64,000 bases of DNA from Bacillus subtilis subsp. subtilis str. 168. GTDB taxonomy: Bacteria > Bacillota > Bacilli > Bacillales > Bacillaceae. The position numbers were made by a program, and so were the translations under genes. Below, piece by piece: positions 1-11,293 of the stretch. Each line of letters starts with the position of its first letter. The first letter of the stretch is position 1. The notes under the pieces are model-generated. The model did not search any database, had not been told where the DNA came from, and was given only the letters and a program-made list of their open reading frames with translations. The stretch lies in the NCBI RefSeq assembly GCF_000009045.1, contig NC_000964.3:2852001-2916000 (forward strand). Reading direction: 5' to 3'.

Positions 1-140
1 AAATCAACTTCGCCTGCAACGGCTGCATCTATACACTCCGGAATGGTGCGGTAAGCAACATGTTCGGCGCCGTTTTGAAAACAAGAACTGACTGCTAGAT
101 GTGTAAATGTAGCTGCTGGACCTAAATAACCGACTTTCAT
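1..140 (-). CDS. pheA: prephenate dehydratase, 5' part (truncated by window edge)
   Basis: Manual translation from ATG at 140: MKVGYLGPAATFTHLAVSSCF..., the typical PheA N-terminus; SD GGGAGAG upstream; follows thrR. Confidence 0.93.
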   Translation of the reverse strand, partial: MKVGYLGPAATFTHLAVSSCFQNGAEHVAYRTIPECIDAAVAGEVD

Positions 141-156
141 GACGATTTTCTCTCCC

Positions 157-600
157 TTATGCACCTGAACCTAATATTTCAACCTTTTCTACAAAATCAA
201 ACTTCCTGAGCTTATTCATTAATGTATGAATGTCTTCTTCCATTGCCGACGTACTGATAGACAGTGTCACATTTGCTCTGCCTTGAAGCGGAATGGTCTG
301 GTGAATGGAAAGAACGTTGCTTCCAGAATCAGCTACCGCCTGAAGAAGCTGAGATAACGCACCTGACCTATCCTCCAAATGAAAGAAAAGTGTGATAATT
401 TGTTCTTTTACCATGGTGTAGAATGGAAAAACAGCATCCCTGTATTTATAAAACGCACTTCTACTTAAATCGACCTTTTGAACGGCATCTGCTACTGAAT
501 CTGCTTTTTTTCGATCAAGCAGCTTTTTGACTTCTAATGTTTTTCTCATTGCATCGGGCAATACATCTTCACGGACAAGATAAAATGTCTCCTCTTTCAT
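157..600 (-). CDS. thrR: ACT-domain transcriptional regulator ThrR (PheB)
   Basis: [15 protein letters not shown]..., N-terminal HTH-like segment (LSRSAFYKY) plus C-terminal ACT domain; start moved to ATG 600 behind SD AAAGGGGG. Confidence 0.9.
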   Translation of the reverse strand: MKEETFYLVREDVLPDAMRKTLEVKKLLDRKKADSVADAVQKVDLSRSAFYKYRDAVFPFYTMVKEQIITLFFHLEDRSGALSQLLQAVADSGSNVLSIHQTIPLQGRANVTLSISTSAMEEDIHTLMNKLRKFDFVEKVEILGSGA

Positions 601-660
601 TTGCATCCCCCCTTTAAAATAGAGAGCCTGGCACCAGGCTCTCTTTTCAGCCAACATTGA

Positions 661-1968
<1,308 letters not shown>

Positions 1969-1980
1969 TTAAAAACTCCG

Positions 1981-2559
1981 CTAGTCCAACCCAATTTCAA
2001 TCAGACATTCGTGACTCGTGATTTCAAAACGCATGATATCAACGTCCTCATATCCATTCTGCCGAATATCATCAAAAGCAGATGGATCGGCAAAGGCGCC
2101 GTGAAAATCAAGGTACAGAATCAGCTGTCTGTCAGGATGATCCGTTTGAAGCGAAACCGTTAAATGATTTTCACTCTCTCTGCTGACTGCTTGATCAAAC
2201 AGATGAAACAGCTTTCTCATCAGTTTCGCCAGCTTTTGATCATAAGCCGACAAATCCTTAATTTCTCCGAGAACTTCATATTCAAGCGTCATATAATGGG
2301 TTTTCCAATTAAACGTAAGAAAATCAAACGCCAAATGCGGTGTTTTCAGGTTTGAGAGCTTTGATTCGTGCTTTGCGTCTATAACCATTTCTTCAATCAT
2401 TTCAAAGACACGGTCATACTTCTGTAAGCTTAAGTTTCCTTTAATCAGCTGCAGCTTATTCATCCAATCATGCCGGGAATGGCCAAGCAGATGAATCAGT
2501 TCGTTTGTTAATGCCGTGTCGCTTATATTTTCTTCTTGATTTTTTGAAACATCCTTCAT
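1981..2559 (-). CDS. spo0B: sporulation phosphorelay phosphotransferase Spo0B
   Basis: HSRHDWMNKLQLIKG phospho-His helix; start MKDVSK at 2559 behind SD GGGAG. Confidence 0.97.
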   Translation of the reverse strand: MKDVSKNQEENISDTALTNELIHLLGHSRHDWMNKLQLIKGNLSLQKYDRVFEMIEEMVIDAKHESKLSNLKTPHLAFDFLTFNWKTHYMTLEYEVLGEIKDLSAYDQKLAKLMRKLFHLFDQAVSRESENHLTVSLQTDHPDRQLILYLDFHGAFADPSAFDDIRQNGYEDVDIMRFEITSHECLIEIGLD

Positions 2560-2618
2560 TTTCGCACTCCCAATCATTTAATTTCTTATTTAGGAGTCTG
2601 TATAAGTGTGTATTATGA

Positions 2619-2647
2619 ATTATAACAGAGAAGGCTTTGTTAGAAAA
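2619..2647 (-). promoter_or_regulatory. sigmaA promoter of spo0B-obg-thrR-pheA (extended -10)
   Basis: minus strand TTTTCT-N17-TATAAT with TG at -15/-14 (TGtTATAAT). Confidence 0.7.
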
Positions 2648-2837
2648 ACAATTGTTTTTCCCAGAAATATCATGTTCCTTTTTTCTGGCTTTGGTTGATT
2701 TGCAGCCAGGCAGAACATTTTATGTATTACTGCTTGGGGAACATATCCAGTGGGTTTGAGATGTTTATTCTCATTCTTGGCGGGGTCTGCTCGCACATAC
2801 TCTGCATTTCATTCTAGGTGTTTACTCCGCATATTGC

Positions 2838-2873
2838 AAAAAAAACTCCAGTCATCATCGACCGGAGTTTTTT
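2838..2873. terminator. intrinsic terminator of rplU-prp-rpmA (A/T tracts both sides)
   Basis: minus: AAAAAACTCCGGTC-gatgat-GACTGGAG-TTTTTTTT. Confidence 0.85.
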
Positions 2874-2879
2874 GAATCA

Positions 2880-3176
<297 letters not shown>

Positions 3177-3515
3177 CTATATTATGTTTGTGGTCACACG
3201 CAAGTTGTCTTTGTAATCCCGTTCGATTGTCTCCAGCGAAACAATCATGCCTTCAATCAGCAGCTGAGCTTTTTGGCGTGCCTCTGGATCAAGAGATTCA
3301 GGGAATTCAAAATAAAAATAACCCCCGTCCTCTCCTATATCAAGAAGCGGCTCGAAGCCCGCGAGCACAATGACCGCGTTAACGGCCCCAAACACAACGG
3401 CTGTCACTCCGGCACAAACAAGATCTTGTCCATGTTCAGCAAAATTCGCATGGCCCGTCATTTCAAAAGACAATATGCCTTTATCATGAGACCTTCTGAT
3501 TGTTGCCTGAATCAT
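3177..3515 (-). CDS. prp: ribosomal-processing cysteine protease Prp (YsxB)
   Basis: GHA...DLVCAGV catalytic His/Cys motif; lies between rplU and rpmA. Confidence 0.93.
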   Translation of the reverse strand: MIQATIRRSHDKGILSFEMTGHANFAEHGQDLVCAGVTAVVFGAVNAVIVLAGFEPLLDIGEDGGYFYFEFPESLDPEARQKAQLLIEGMIVSLETIERDYKDNLRVTTNII

Positions 3516-3517
3516 GC

Positions 3518-3925
<408 letters not shown>

Positions 3926-3937
3926 ATAACATTAAAA

Positions 3938-3966
3938 AATATACCAAAATACAAGGCGTTTGTCAA
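3938..3966 (-). promoter_or_regulatory. sigmaA promoter of rplU operon
   Basis: TTGACA-N17-TATATT. Confidence 0.85.
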
Positions 3967-3972
3967 TCAGTT

Positions 3973-4839
3973 TTAGTAGGGCAGAAGCAGTTCCTCCATG
4001 GAAGAATTCGTCCGCTTATCGGCAAAGTAAGCGTGCAGCACTTCATTCTCGTCAAGCTGGCTGAGCTTTTGGCCTGATTTTTCTATAATAATCGGATGCT
4101 TACAGCCACGTTTGAACTCGGCCATCACATGATAGACTTTATCCTCCGCCTTTACTGTCAGCGGCAGAAGTTTCTCAAGCTCCCTGTTTTTTCCGTAATA
4201 CCTTTCGAGGAGAAATCTCACATGGATATAGTGCCTTTGCCGATATTCCTCAAACAAGGAAACAGCCAGAAAGACAAACAAAACCCATGCGCTGATTTGC
4301 AGAGGAATCACGAATAAAACCCAGCACCCGAGCAGCAGGCAGAAGCAGAGCGACGTTTTTAGATTAAGCCGGTGAGCCTTTTGAAAAGGCAGCTGTTTGG
4401 AAAACAACAAAAATAACAGTTTTCCTCCATCCAGCGGCCAGATCGGCAGTAAATTGACAAATAAGATAGAAAGATTATAAAAGGTGAAGAGTTCAAAGGT
4501 ATGCTGATGAATCACTGAGACTTCTGCAAGCATCCAGGCGGCAAACTGAAGCCAGATGTGCTGAAGAGGTCCGGCAATAATGACCGCAAACTCTTCCTTT
4601 AACGGCCGATTCCCGTGCTCTTCCACTTCGACCGTTCCGCCAAACGGCAGCAAAAAAACACGCTTGATTCTCCAAGAAAAAAACACAGCCAGAGCAGCAT
4701 GCCCCAGCTCATGAATCAATACAATCAGGAGCAGACATAATAATGCTTTCATATGGCCTGTGAGCAAGCCCAGCGCCGCAATAATCCAAAGAAAAGGATG
4801 CACATGGATCTTTAAGATAAGGTCGAGCCATTTATTCAA
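3973..4839 (-). CDS. spoIVFB: intramembrane zinc metalloprotease processing pro-sigmaK
   Basis: HELGH (HExxH) and NLLPIWPLDGG (NPDG) S2P motifs, C-terminal CBS-like domain. Confidence 0.98.
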   Translation of the reverse strand: MNKWLDLILKIHVHPFLWIIAALGLLTGHMKALLCLLLIVLIHELGHAALAVFFSWRIKRVFLLPFGGTVEVEEHGNRPLKEEFAVIIAGPLQHIWLQFAAWMLAEVSVIHQHTFELFTFYNLSILFVNLLPIWPLDGGKLLFLLFSKQLPFQKAHRLNLKTSLCFCLLLGCWVLFVIPLQISAWVLFVFLAVSLFEEYRQRHYIHVRFLLERYYGKNRELEKLLPLTVKAEDKVYHVMAEFKRGCKHPIIIEKSGQKLSQLDENEVLHAYFADKRTNSSMEELLLPY

Positions 4840-5626
4840 ATGAAATCACCTGAATCGGATCAATAAATTTATCGCCGTCTTTCATGGCAAAATAATAGAC
4901 CCCTTTATTATGATCATCAAGCTTAATCGAACCGAGCTTTTTGCCTTTATCCACAAAATCATATAAAGCAACATCCACATCTTTGAGCTCGCCATAGATA
5001 CTATAGGTGTTGTCAGCATGCTGCACCTTAACCGTCAGTCCCGTTTGGCTGTCTTTGCTGACTTCAACCACATAGCCTTCTTTTACGCTATCAATCTTAT
5101 CACTGCTTGTTTCGACTTTAATTCCTTCCCCATTGTCCTGAAAATCCTGCTGTACTTTCCCGGATGCAGGCGCGATCAGATCTTTGCCTACTTCAATCTG
5201 CTGTTCCTTATTTTTGTGTTCAGGAGCCAGGAAAGCAAGCGGATTTCCGAATTTGGTTTCGAACCAATGGCTTGCTGAAGCAAATTGAAATTCAGTTTCA
5301 AAGGTTTTGGCTACGGCGGGTTTAATCTGACTGACGGGTCCAATGTTTGTTTTATAGGCTATAGCTGAAACGAGAACAAGGCAGGCCGACAGAAGACATT
5401 TCAGGATAATTGAATCTGTTTTCACCAATGGGTGTTTTCCGTTGAATGTTGGCATGTTATCTTCGTAGACCGGAAGTGTTCCATGCTTTTCCTGATCCGT
5501 TACCATCACCCAGGACGGGGGTTTCTGCTTTTCAGAAACTGTCTGAGTAGAGAAACGTTTTGAGCCGGAAAGCTGCTTTCTTCTTTTCTCTAATCGTTTT
5601 CTGATTTCATCTGCTCTGTGACTCAT
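4832..5626 (-). CDS. spoIVFA: SpoIVFA, inhibitor of SpoIVFB (TM plus degenerate M23/LytM domain)
   Basis: MSHRADEIRKR start at 5626; one TM; 8-bp overlap with spoIVFB. Confidence 0.95.
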   Translation of the reverse strand: MSHRADEIRKRLEKRRKQLSGSKRFSTQTVSEKQKPPSWVMVTDQEKHGTLPVYEDNMPTFNGKHPLVKTDSIILKCLLSACLVLVSAIAYKTNIGPVSQIKPAVAKTFETEFQFASASHWFETKFGNPLAFLAPEHKNKEQQIEVGKDLIAPASGKVQQDFQDNGEGIKVETSSDKIDSVKEGYVVEVSKDSQTGLTVKVQHADNTYSIYGELKDVDVALYDFVDKGKKLGSIKLDDHNKGVYYFAMKDGDKFIDPIQVISFE

Positions 5627-5659
5627 TGCCATCATCCTTTGCATTCGTTGGGTTTGTAC

Positions 5660-5688
5660 ATCATATGTCTTGTCCATGGCAAATATTC
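5660..5688 (-). promoter_or_regulatory. sigmaE promoter of spoIVF
   Basis: minus GAATATTT-N13-CATATGAT (ATA-N16-CATA spacing). Confidence 0.75.
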
Positions 5689-5718
5689 GGTTTAGTCAAG
5701 AACAAAGCAGGCAAAAAC

Positions 5719-5754
5719 AAAAAAAACCTGACACAGCATATGCTTTGTCAGATT
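5719..5754 (-). terminator. terminator after minD
   Basis: TCTGACAAAGC-atat-GCTGTGTCAGG followed by T8. Confidence 0.8.
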
Positions 5755-5775
5755 CTTCTCTTTGATTCTATCACA

Positions 5776-6582
5776 TTAAGATCTTACTCCGAAAAATGAC
5801 TTAATCTTAGCCATCATTCCTTTGTTTTGCTCTTCAAGCACCTGTAAAGGAACAGATTCACCTAAGATGCGGCGGGCAATATTGCGATATGCAATGGAAG
5901 CGCGGTTTTTAGGGTCCATCGCAATCGGTTCGCCATGATTGGAAGCTTTAATGACTTCATCATCATCAGCCACGATTCCGAGCAAATCGATCGACAGATG
6001 CTGTACGATTTCGTCGATATCCATCGTGTCACCGTTTTTCATCAGGTGATTTCTGATTCTGTTAACAACGAGCCGCGGCGGTTCAATATTTTCCTCTTGC
6101 TCCAGCAGTCCTATAATACGGTCAGCATCACGAACAGCTGAGATTTCAGGCGTAGTGACCACAATCGCTTTATCAGCTCCGGAAACGGCATTTTTGTACC
6201 CTTGCTCGATTCCGGCAGGACAGTCTATGATGACATAGTCAAATTCCTGTTTGAGCTCTTGGACCATGTTTTTAATTTGTTCAGGAGCAACAGCTGTCTT
6301 ATCGCTCGTTTGAGCAGCGGGCATTAAATAGAGCAGATCATCGAAACGTTTGTCTTTTACGAGCGCCTGATGCATTTTGCATCTGCCCTCTACAACGTCT
6401 ACCAGATCGTAAATAATTCTATTTTCAAGACCCATTACAACATCAAGGTTGCGCAGTCCTATATCAGTATCTACTAAGCATACGCGCTTCCCTAAAATGG
6501 CTAAGGCGGTACCGAGGTTCGCAGATGTTGTTGTCTTACCTACTCCGCCTTTTCCCGAAGTTATTACGATAGCCTCACCCAA
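5776..6582 (-). CDS. minD: septum site-determining ATPase MinD
   Basis: deviant Walker A GKGGVGKT, C-terminal amphipathic helix KIKSFFG; TTG start 6582 behind GGGAGGA. Confidence 0.98.
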   Translation of the reverse strand: MGEAIVITSGKGGVGKTTTSANLGTALAILGKRVCLVDTDIGLRNLDVVMGLENRIIYDLVDVVEGRCKMHQALVKDKRFDDLLYLMPAAQTSDKTAVAPEQIKNMVQELKQEFDYVIIDCPAGIEQGYKNAVSGADKAIVVTTPEISAVRDADRIIGLLEQEENIEPPRLVVNRIRNHLMKNGDTMDIDEIVQHLSIDLLGIVADDDEVIKASNHGEPIAMDPKNRASIAYRNIARRILGESVPLQVLEEQNKGMMAKIKSFFGVRS

Positions 6583-6583
6583 T

Positions 6584-7264
6584 TCACATTCCTCCCTCAA
6601 GCCTTGTTAGATCAGGTCTTAAATGAGCCAAATGTTGAAGGCGTTCAATGACCATATTTCCGTCTGTATCTAAATAAGCACATTCCATTTCGTTCCCTTT
6701 TTGAATGTGGTCTGGGGAGCGATTTAACACATGATTGATTCTTAATTGTGTCGGAAGCATTTCAGAGGCGGCGATGACCGCTTGATTATTTCCATTGAAT
6801 CCAGCATGCGCAATTCCTTTCAGTGAGCCCAGAACAAAAATGTTCCCTCCGGCCCTGACTGTTCCGCCGGGATTCACGTCACCGATCAGGAGCAAGTCGC
6901 CTTTTACCTGCAGCACTTGGCCTGAACGGACAATTTTTGAAACAGAAATAATTTCGGCTTCCTCTCTTATCTGCTGTGCTTCTTTTTTAGTAATGACTTC
7001 ACTGTCAATAGAATGAACAAACAAATCTTTCTTTGACGCAATCAATTCGGTTAGCTGTTCCTCTTGCTCCTTATATAAAAAGCGATTTCCCAGCTTAACA
7101 TGAACGCTGATTTTCTGGCCTTTTCCATCGGTATATTGTTCAATTGACAGCATATTCTGAAGACCATCGAGAAGCTCATCAAAAGAACACGCATCATCCA
7201 GATGCAATGTTAGTCCATTCTTTGTTCCTTTTATTGTTACATATTGCTGCTTTTTGGTCTTCAC
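6584..7264 (-). CDS. minC: division inhibitor MinC
   Basis: VRSGQ...GDVNPGG beta-helix motif; GTG start 7264 behind GAGGTG. Confidence 0.97.
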   Translation of the reverse strand: MKTKKQQYVTIKGTKNGLTLHLDDACSFDELLDGLQNMLSIEQYTDGKGQKISVHVKLGNRFLYKEQEEQLTELIASKKDLFVHSIDSEVITKKEAQQIREEAEIISVSKIVRSGQVLQVKGDLLLIGDVNPGGTVRAGGNIFVLGSLKGIAHAGFNGNNQAVIAASEMLPTQLRINHVLNRSPDHIQKGNEMECAYLDTDGNMVIERLQHLAHLRPDLTRLEGGM

Positions 7265-7287
7265 AATATTCACCTCAACAACATACT

Positions 7288-7316
7288 CATTTCGTCAAAA
7301 AAAGATAAAATCCTTT
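7288..7316 (-). promoter_or_regulatory. sigmaH-type promoter upstream of minC with overlapping Spo0A box
   Basis: minus AAAGGATTT-tatcttttttt-GACGAAAT; TGACGAA (0A box TGNCGAA) at 7291-7297. Confidence 0.6.
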
Positions 7317-7835
7317 TTACTCATCTCTCAATTCTTTCTTTAGACTCATAAAAAACAATCTAAATGGCAGAACAAGAATAAGAGCTGCTGCAATATTTAA
7401 TAAAATTGTCGGTATAAACCGGTCAAGCACAAATCCGTTAAACGTCATAATGTCTTTATGAATCAAAGACTGAATGCCGAATACGTAAAATTCGAGCAGA
7501 CAGACAGCCAGAACTGCTATCAATATCACTACAAATGCGTTTGTATGCAACACTTTAAACGCTTTTGAAGCCAAATAGCATAGCCCTGCAAAACCAAACA
7601 TGTAAACGCCTAATAGACTTGTATAGTTCATGTCATATAGAAAGCCAAAAATAAATCCGTAAATCATCGCGTGTTTTTGGTTGATAAAAGCCGACATGAA
7701 TATCAATACAAGCATCAAAAAACGCGGGGCGAGCACTTGGTCATCTGTAACGAAAGGAAAATGCACCAAATCTGTAAAAATGCTTTCCGCAGAAAAAACA
7801 AGCATCATAACGAAAGGGAGAAGGAAACGTTTCAC
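7317..7835 (-). CDS. mreD: rod shape-determining membrane protein MreD
   Basis: multi-TM protein, GTG start overlapping mreC stop (GTGA). Confidence 0.96.
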   Translation of the reverse strand: MKRFLLPFVMMLVFSAESIFTDLVHFPFVTDDQVLAPRFLMLVLIFMSAFINQKHAMIYGFIFGFLYDMNYTSLLGVYMFGFAGLCYLASKAFKVLHTNAFVVILIAVLAVCLLEFYVFGIQSLIHKDIMTFNGFVLDRFIPTILLNIAAALILVLPFRLFFMSLKKELRDE

Positions 7836-8704
7836 GATCCTTCCTCCTCTGTATCGACAGTCGGCACGTCACGGTTAACAACGATCACATTATTTAAATC
7901 TGTAAGGTCAGCCGCAGGTTTTACATAAGCAACCTTCGTTAATCCATAGGAATCTGACTCGATATCAGTCACTTCACCGATTGTCAGCCCTTCTGGGAAA
8001 ACACCGCCTGTCCCTGATGTTTCAATAAGATCGCCTTTTTTCACGTCTTGTTTATCCTTACGCTCAATAATTGTCATCTTAAGACGTTTTTTCTCTTTGT
8101 CATATCCTTCGATCAAGCCGTAGCCTTTGCTGCCTTTTTTTCCGGAAATTTTTGTCGCGACTCTGTTATTGCGGTCAGTATCGCTTAAAAGCTGAACAGC
8201 AGACGTAAAATTGTTAAGTCCGGAGCTTTTGATCTTGCCGATTAATGCGCCTTTTTCGTTTGTAACGGCCATATCTTTCGCTACGTTTTGCTGAGTCCCC
8301 TTGTTAATGGTGACCTGTTTCGCCCAATTATCAGGGCTTCTGGCGATGACCGTTGCTAAAATCGGCTTGTAATCTTTAATCGATTTGACATGGCCAAGCT
8401 CGTCACGCAAGGATTTGTTTTCTTCTTCAAGCTCTTGAAGCTTGGCTTCATATTGTGTCTGTCCGTCAAGTTTTTCTCTTAGACGCTCGTTTTCTTTGTA
8501 TGTGTTTTTTAAATCATTGATGTTCTCAAATATTCCTGCAAAAAATTCGGCAGGCGTATGAAAAATATTTTGAAATACTCCCGTCGTATCGCCGATCACT
8601 TTCTCAGGCCAGGTGGTATTGCGGCCGCCCTTCAGCGAAAATCCAATCATAGCCACCAATATGATAATACACAGAAGTAATAGCATTAACCGCTTATTCG
8701 GCAT
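7832..8704 (-). CDS. mreC: rod shape-determining protein MreC
   Basis: N-terminal TM, coiled coil, ETSGTGGVFPEGLTIG motif. Confidence 0.97.
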   Translation of the reverse strand: MPNKRLMLLLLCIIILVAMIGFSLKGGRNTTWPEKVIGDTTGVFQNIFHTPAEFFAGIFENINDLKNTYKENERLREKLDGQTQYEAKLQELEEENKSLRDELGHVKSIKDYKPILATVIARSPDNWAKQVTINKGTQQNVAKDMAVTNEKGALIGKIKSSGLNNFTSAVQLLSDTDRNNRVATKISGKKGSKGYGLIEGYDKEKKRLKMTIIERKDKQDVKKGDLIETSGTGGVFPEGLTIGEVTDIESDSYGLTKVAYVKPAADLTDLNNVIVVNRDVPTVDTEEEGS

Positions 8705-8734
8705 CGTGTTACACCTCTTCTATTGAACTCCCGA

Positions 8735-9748
8735 TTATCTAGTTTTCCCTTTGAAAAGATGGATGTGCTCCAGTGCTTTCCCTGTTCCGATCGCTACACA
8801 ATCAAGCGGATCTTCGGCGATAAGGACCGGCATTTTTGTTTCTTCGCTGATGACTTTGTCCAAATTGCGCAAAAGCGCTCCGCCGCCGGTTAACACTATA
8901 CCTCTGTCCATGATATCTGCTGCAAGCTCAGGCGGTGTTTTTTCGAGTGTGCTCTTCACTGCTTCGACAATTGTAGATACAGTGTCGCGTAGAGCGTTAG
9001 AAATCTCTTTTCCTGTAATTTCAATTGTTTTCGGCAAACCTGTGAGCAAATCGCGGCCGCGGATTTCCATGTTGTCGGATTCTTCAGGAGCTTCTGCAGA
9101 TCCGATTTCCATTTTAATCGCTTCAGCCGTACGGTCACCGATCATCAGATTGTACGTTTTTCTGATGTAGTTGATAATCGCGTCATCCATCTCATCACCG
9201 GCTACACGGATTGACTGAGACGTTACGATGCCTCCGAGGGAAATAATCGCAACTTCTGTCGTACCGCCCCCGATATCAACAACCATGCTTCCAGTCGGTT
9301 CCCAAACTGGCAGATTGGCTCCGATTGCTGCGGCAAAAGGCTCTTCAATCGGATACGCGTCACGCGCTCCCGCCTGTCTTGTCGCATCGATAACAGCGCG
9401 TTCTTCAACAGCTGTAATGCCTGATGGGACACATACCATTACATATGGTTTTCTGGCAAACATGCCTTTATTTTTTATGGCCTGATTGATGTAATATTTC
9501 ATCATCGTCGCCGTTGTTTCATAATCAGCGATAACGCCGTCTTTCATCGGGCGAAGAGCCACCACGTTGCCCGGTGTCCGTCCAATCATATTTTTCGCAT
9601 CATTTCCGACAGCGACAATCGATTTCGTATCCGTCTGCAAAGCGACAACTGACGGCTCTCTCACAACAATTCCTTTTCCTTTTACAAAAACAAGCGTATT
9701 CGCAGTTCCAAGATCTATACCAAGGTCTCTAGCACCAATTCCAAACAT
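8735..9748 (-). CDS. mreB: actin-like protein MreB
   Basis: [27 protein letters not shown] actin-fold motifs. Confidence 0.99.
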
Positions 9749-9839
9749 ATGTATGTATCTTCCTTTCTTAAAGCAAAAATACCCTAAAGGGAAAAACTCA
9801 TAAACTCTATTATAGCTTAATTCGACGAAAAAAAAAGTG

Positions 9840-10535
9840 TTACAAATATCCTTTTTCCTTTAAACTCACAAATTTTTTATCCCCGATCACCAAATGGTCA
9901 AGCAGCTCGATGCCAATCAGGTTTCCGCATTCAAACAGCCGTCTTGTCACTTCAATATCTTCCCTGCTCGGCGTCGGATCTCCAGAAGGATGATTATGAA
10001 CACAGATAAAGGAAGCGGCAGATCGTTTAAACGCTTCTTTAAACACCTCTCGCGGGTGGACAATAGATGAATTCAGGCTTCCGATAAATACGGTGCGTTT
10101 ATGGATGACTTGATTTTTTGTATTTAAGTATAAACAGACAAAATGCTCCTGGGTTAAAAAGCGCATATCCTCCATGACAAGATTAGCGCCGTCTTCCGGG
10201 GAGCGAATAACGAAATGTTCTTCGTTGGCTAATTTATGAATCCGGCTTCCAAGCTCAACTGCTGCCAGTATTTGAATCGCTTTTACCATACCGATTCCCG
10301 GGATGCTTGACAGCTCTTCAACCGATGCTTCCTTGAGCAGGCGCAGCCCGTCAAATGAGCGCAGCAGCCGGTTTGACAGGTCCAAAACAGATTCGTGTTT
10401 AGTCCCTGTCCGCAATAATATAGCCAAAAGTTCATGATTCGCTAAGTTCTCGGCTCCGACTTTCAGGAGCCGTTCCCTTGGCTTTTCTTTCATTGGGAAA
10501 TCTTTGAGTTTTAATGGCAGATCGTGTATGACCAA
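9840..10535 (-). CDS. radC: RadC-family JAB/MPN protein (YsxA)
   Basis: KPRERLL, Hh[25 protein letters not shown] motif; TTG start. Confidence 0.95.
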
Positions 10536-10571
10536 GCACTCCTTTTCTTTCCCTTCCCGTTTATAGAACCG

Positions 10572-11141
10572 TCATGCCCTTATATCAAAATGGCGAAGAG
10601 CTCTCATTGTTTTTGATATAGGAAGGCCCATGACTGAATAATAATCTCCGTCTATTTTCTTTACAAAAAGCGCGCCTCTTCCTTGGATGCCGTATGCACC
10701 TGCTTTATCCATCGGCTCTTTTGTTTCAATATATGTCCAAATCTCTTCTTCACTGAGGGACCAAAACGCAACTTCTGTCTTATCATAAAAAGTCTCGCTG
10801 TGATTTTCAGCTTGAATGCTGACCGCGGTTATTACTGAGTGACTTCGGCCTGAAAGCCTCCGCAGCATAGAAGCAGCTTCTTCTTGATCCTGCGGTTTGC
10901 CAAGACATTCGCCGTCAAGGCATACCATTGTATCAGCACCGATAACGATTGCATGCGGGTGGAGATCAGCTACAGCCTTAGCTTTTTGTTTTGCCAACCA
11001 TTGGACGTTTTCTTCTGGTGAAAAGTTTCGATTTAATTTTTCTTCTACTTCACTGACAATAATGGAGTAGGGCAGCTGGAGAAGATCGAGGAGTTCTTTC
11101 CTGCGCGGAGATTGTGATGCAAGTATTAGCGGTTTTGTCAT
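10572..11141 (-). CDS. maf: Maf nucleoside triphosphate pyrophosphatase / septum inhibitor
   Basis: [24 protein letters not shown]; start MTKPL at 11141. Confidence 0.97.
   Translation of the reverse strand: MTKPLILASQSPRRKELLDLLQLPYSIIVSEVEEKLNRNFSPEENVQWLAKQKAKAVADLHPHAIVIGADTMVCLDGECLGKPQDQEEAASMLRRLSGRSHSVITAVSIQAENHSETFYDKTEVAFWSLSEEEIWTYIETKEPMDKAGAYGIQGRGALFVKKIDGDYYSVMGLPISKTMRALRHFDIRA
11004..11030 (-). promoter_or_regulatory. ECF (sigmaM-type) promoter inside maf
   Basis: minus CGAAAC-TTTTcaccagaagaaaa-CGTC; agrees with my recollection of an intragenic sigmaM promoter for radC-mreBCD-minCD. Confidence 0.55.
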
Positions 11142-11248
11142 GTTCGTCATCCTTTCAGGGTTTGCTTAAGAAAAAAAGATACTCGTTTATCCTACCAAAT
11201 CACGAGGCTTGTCACAATTTCAGAAAAATAACTTTTTCATGACAAAAT

Positions 11249-11279
11249 AAAAAAAGCCTGTCACTAAAGGACGAAGGCT
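11249..11279 (-). terminator. terminator after spoIIB
   Basis: AGCCT...AGGCT stem followed by T7. Confidence 0.6.
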
Positions 11280-11293
11280 CAGGGCACTATCTC

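Noticed and set aside
11225-11237. Single perfect AAAA-N5-TTTT box upstream of maf (ComK-like)
   Set aside because: I found no partner box at 8- or 18-bp spacing, so a full K-box cannot be supported from sequence alone
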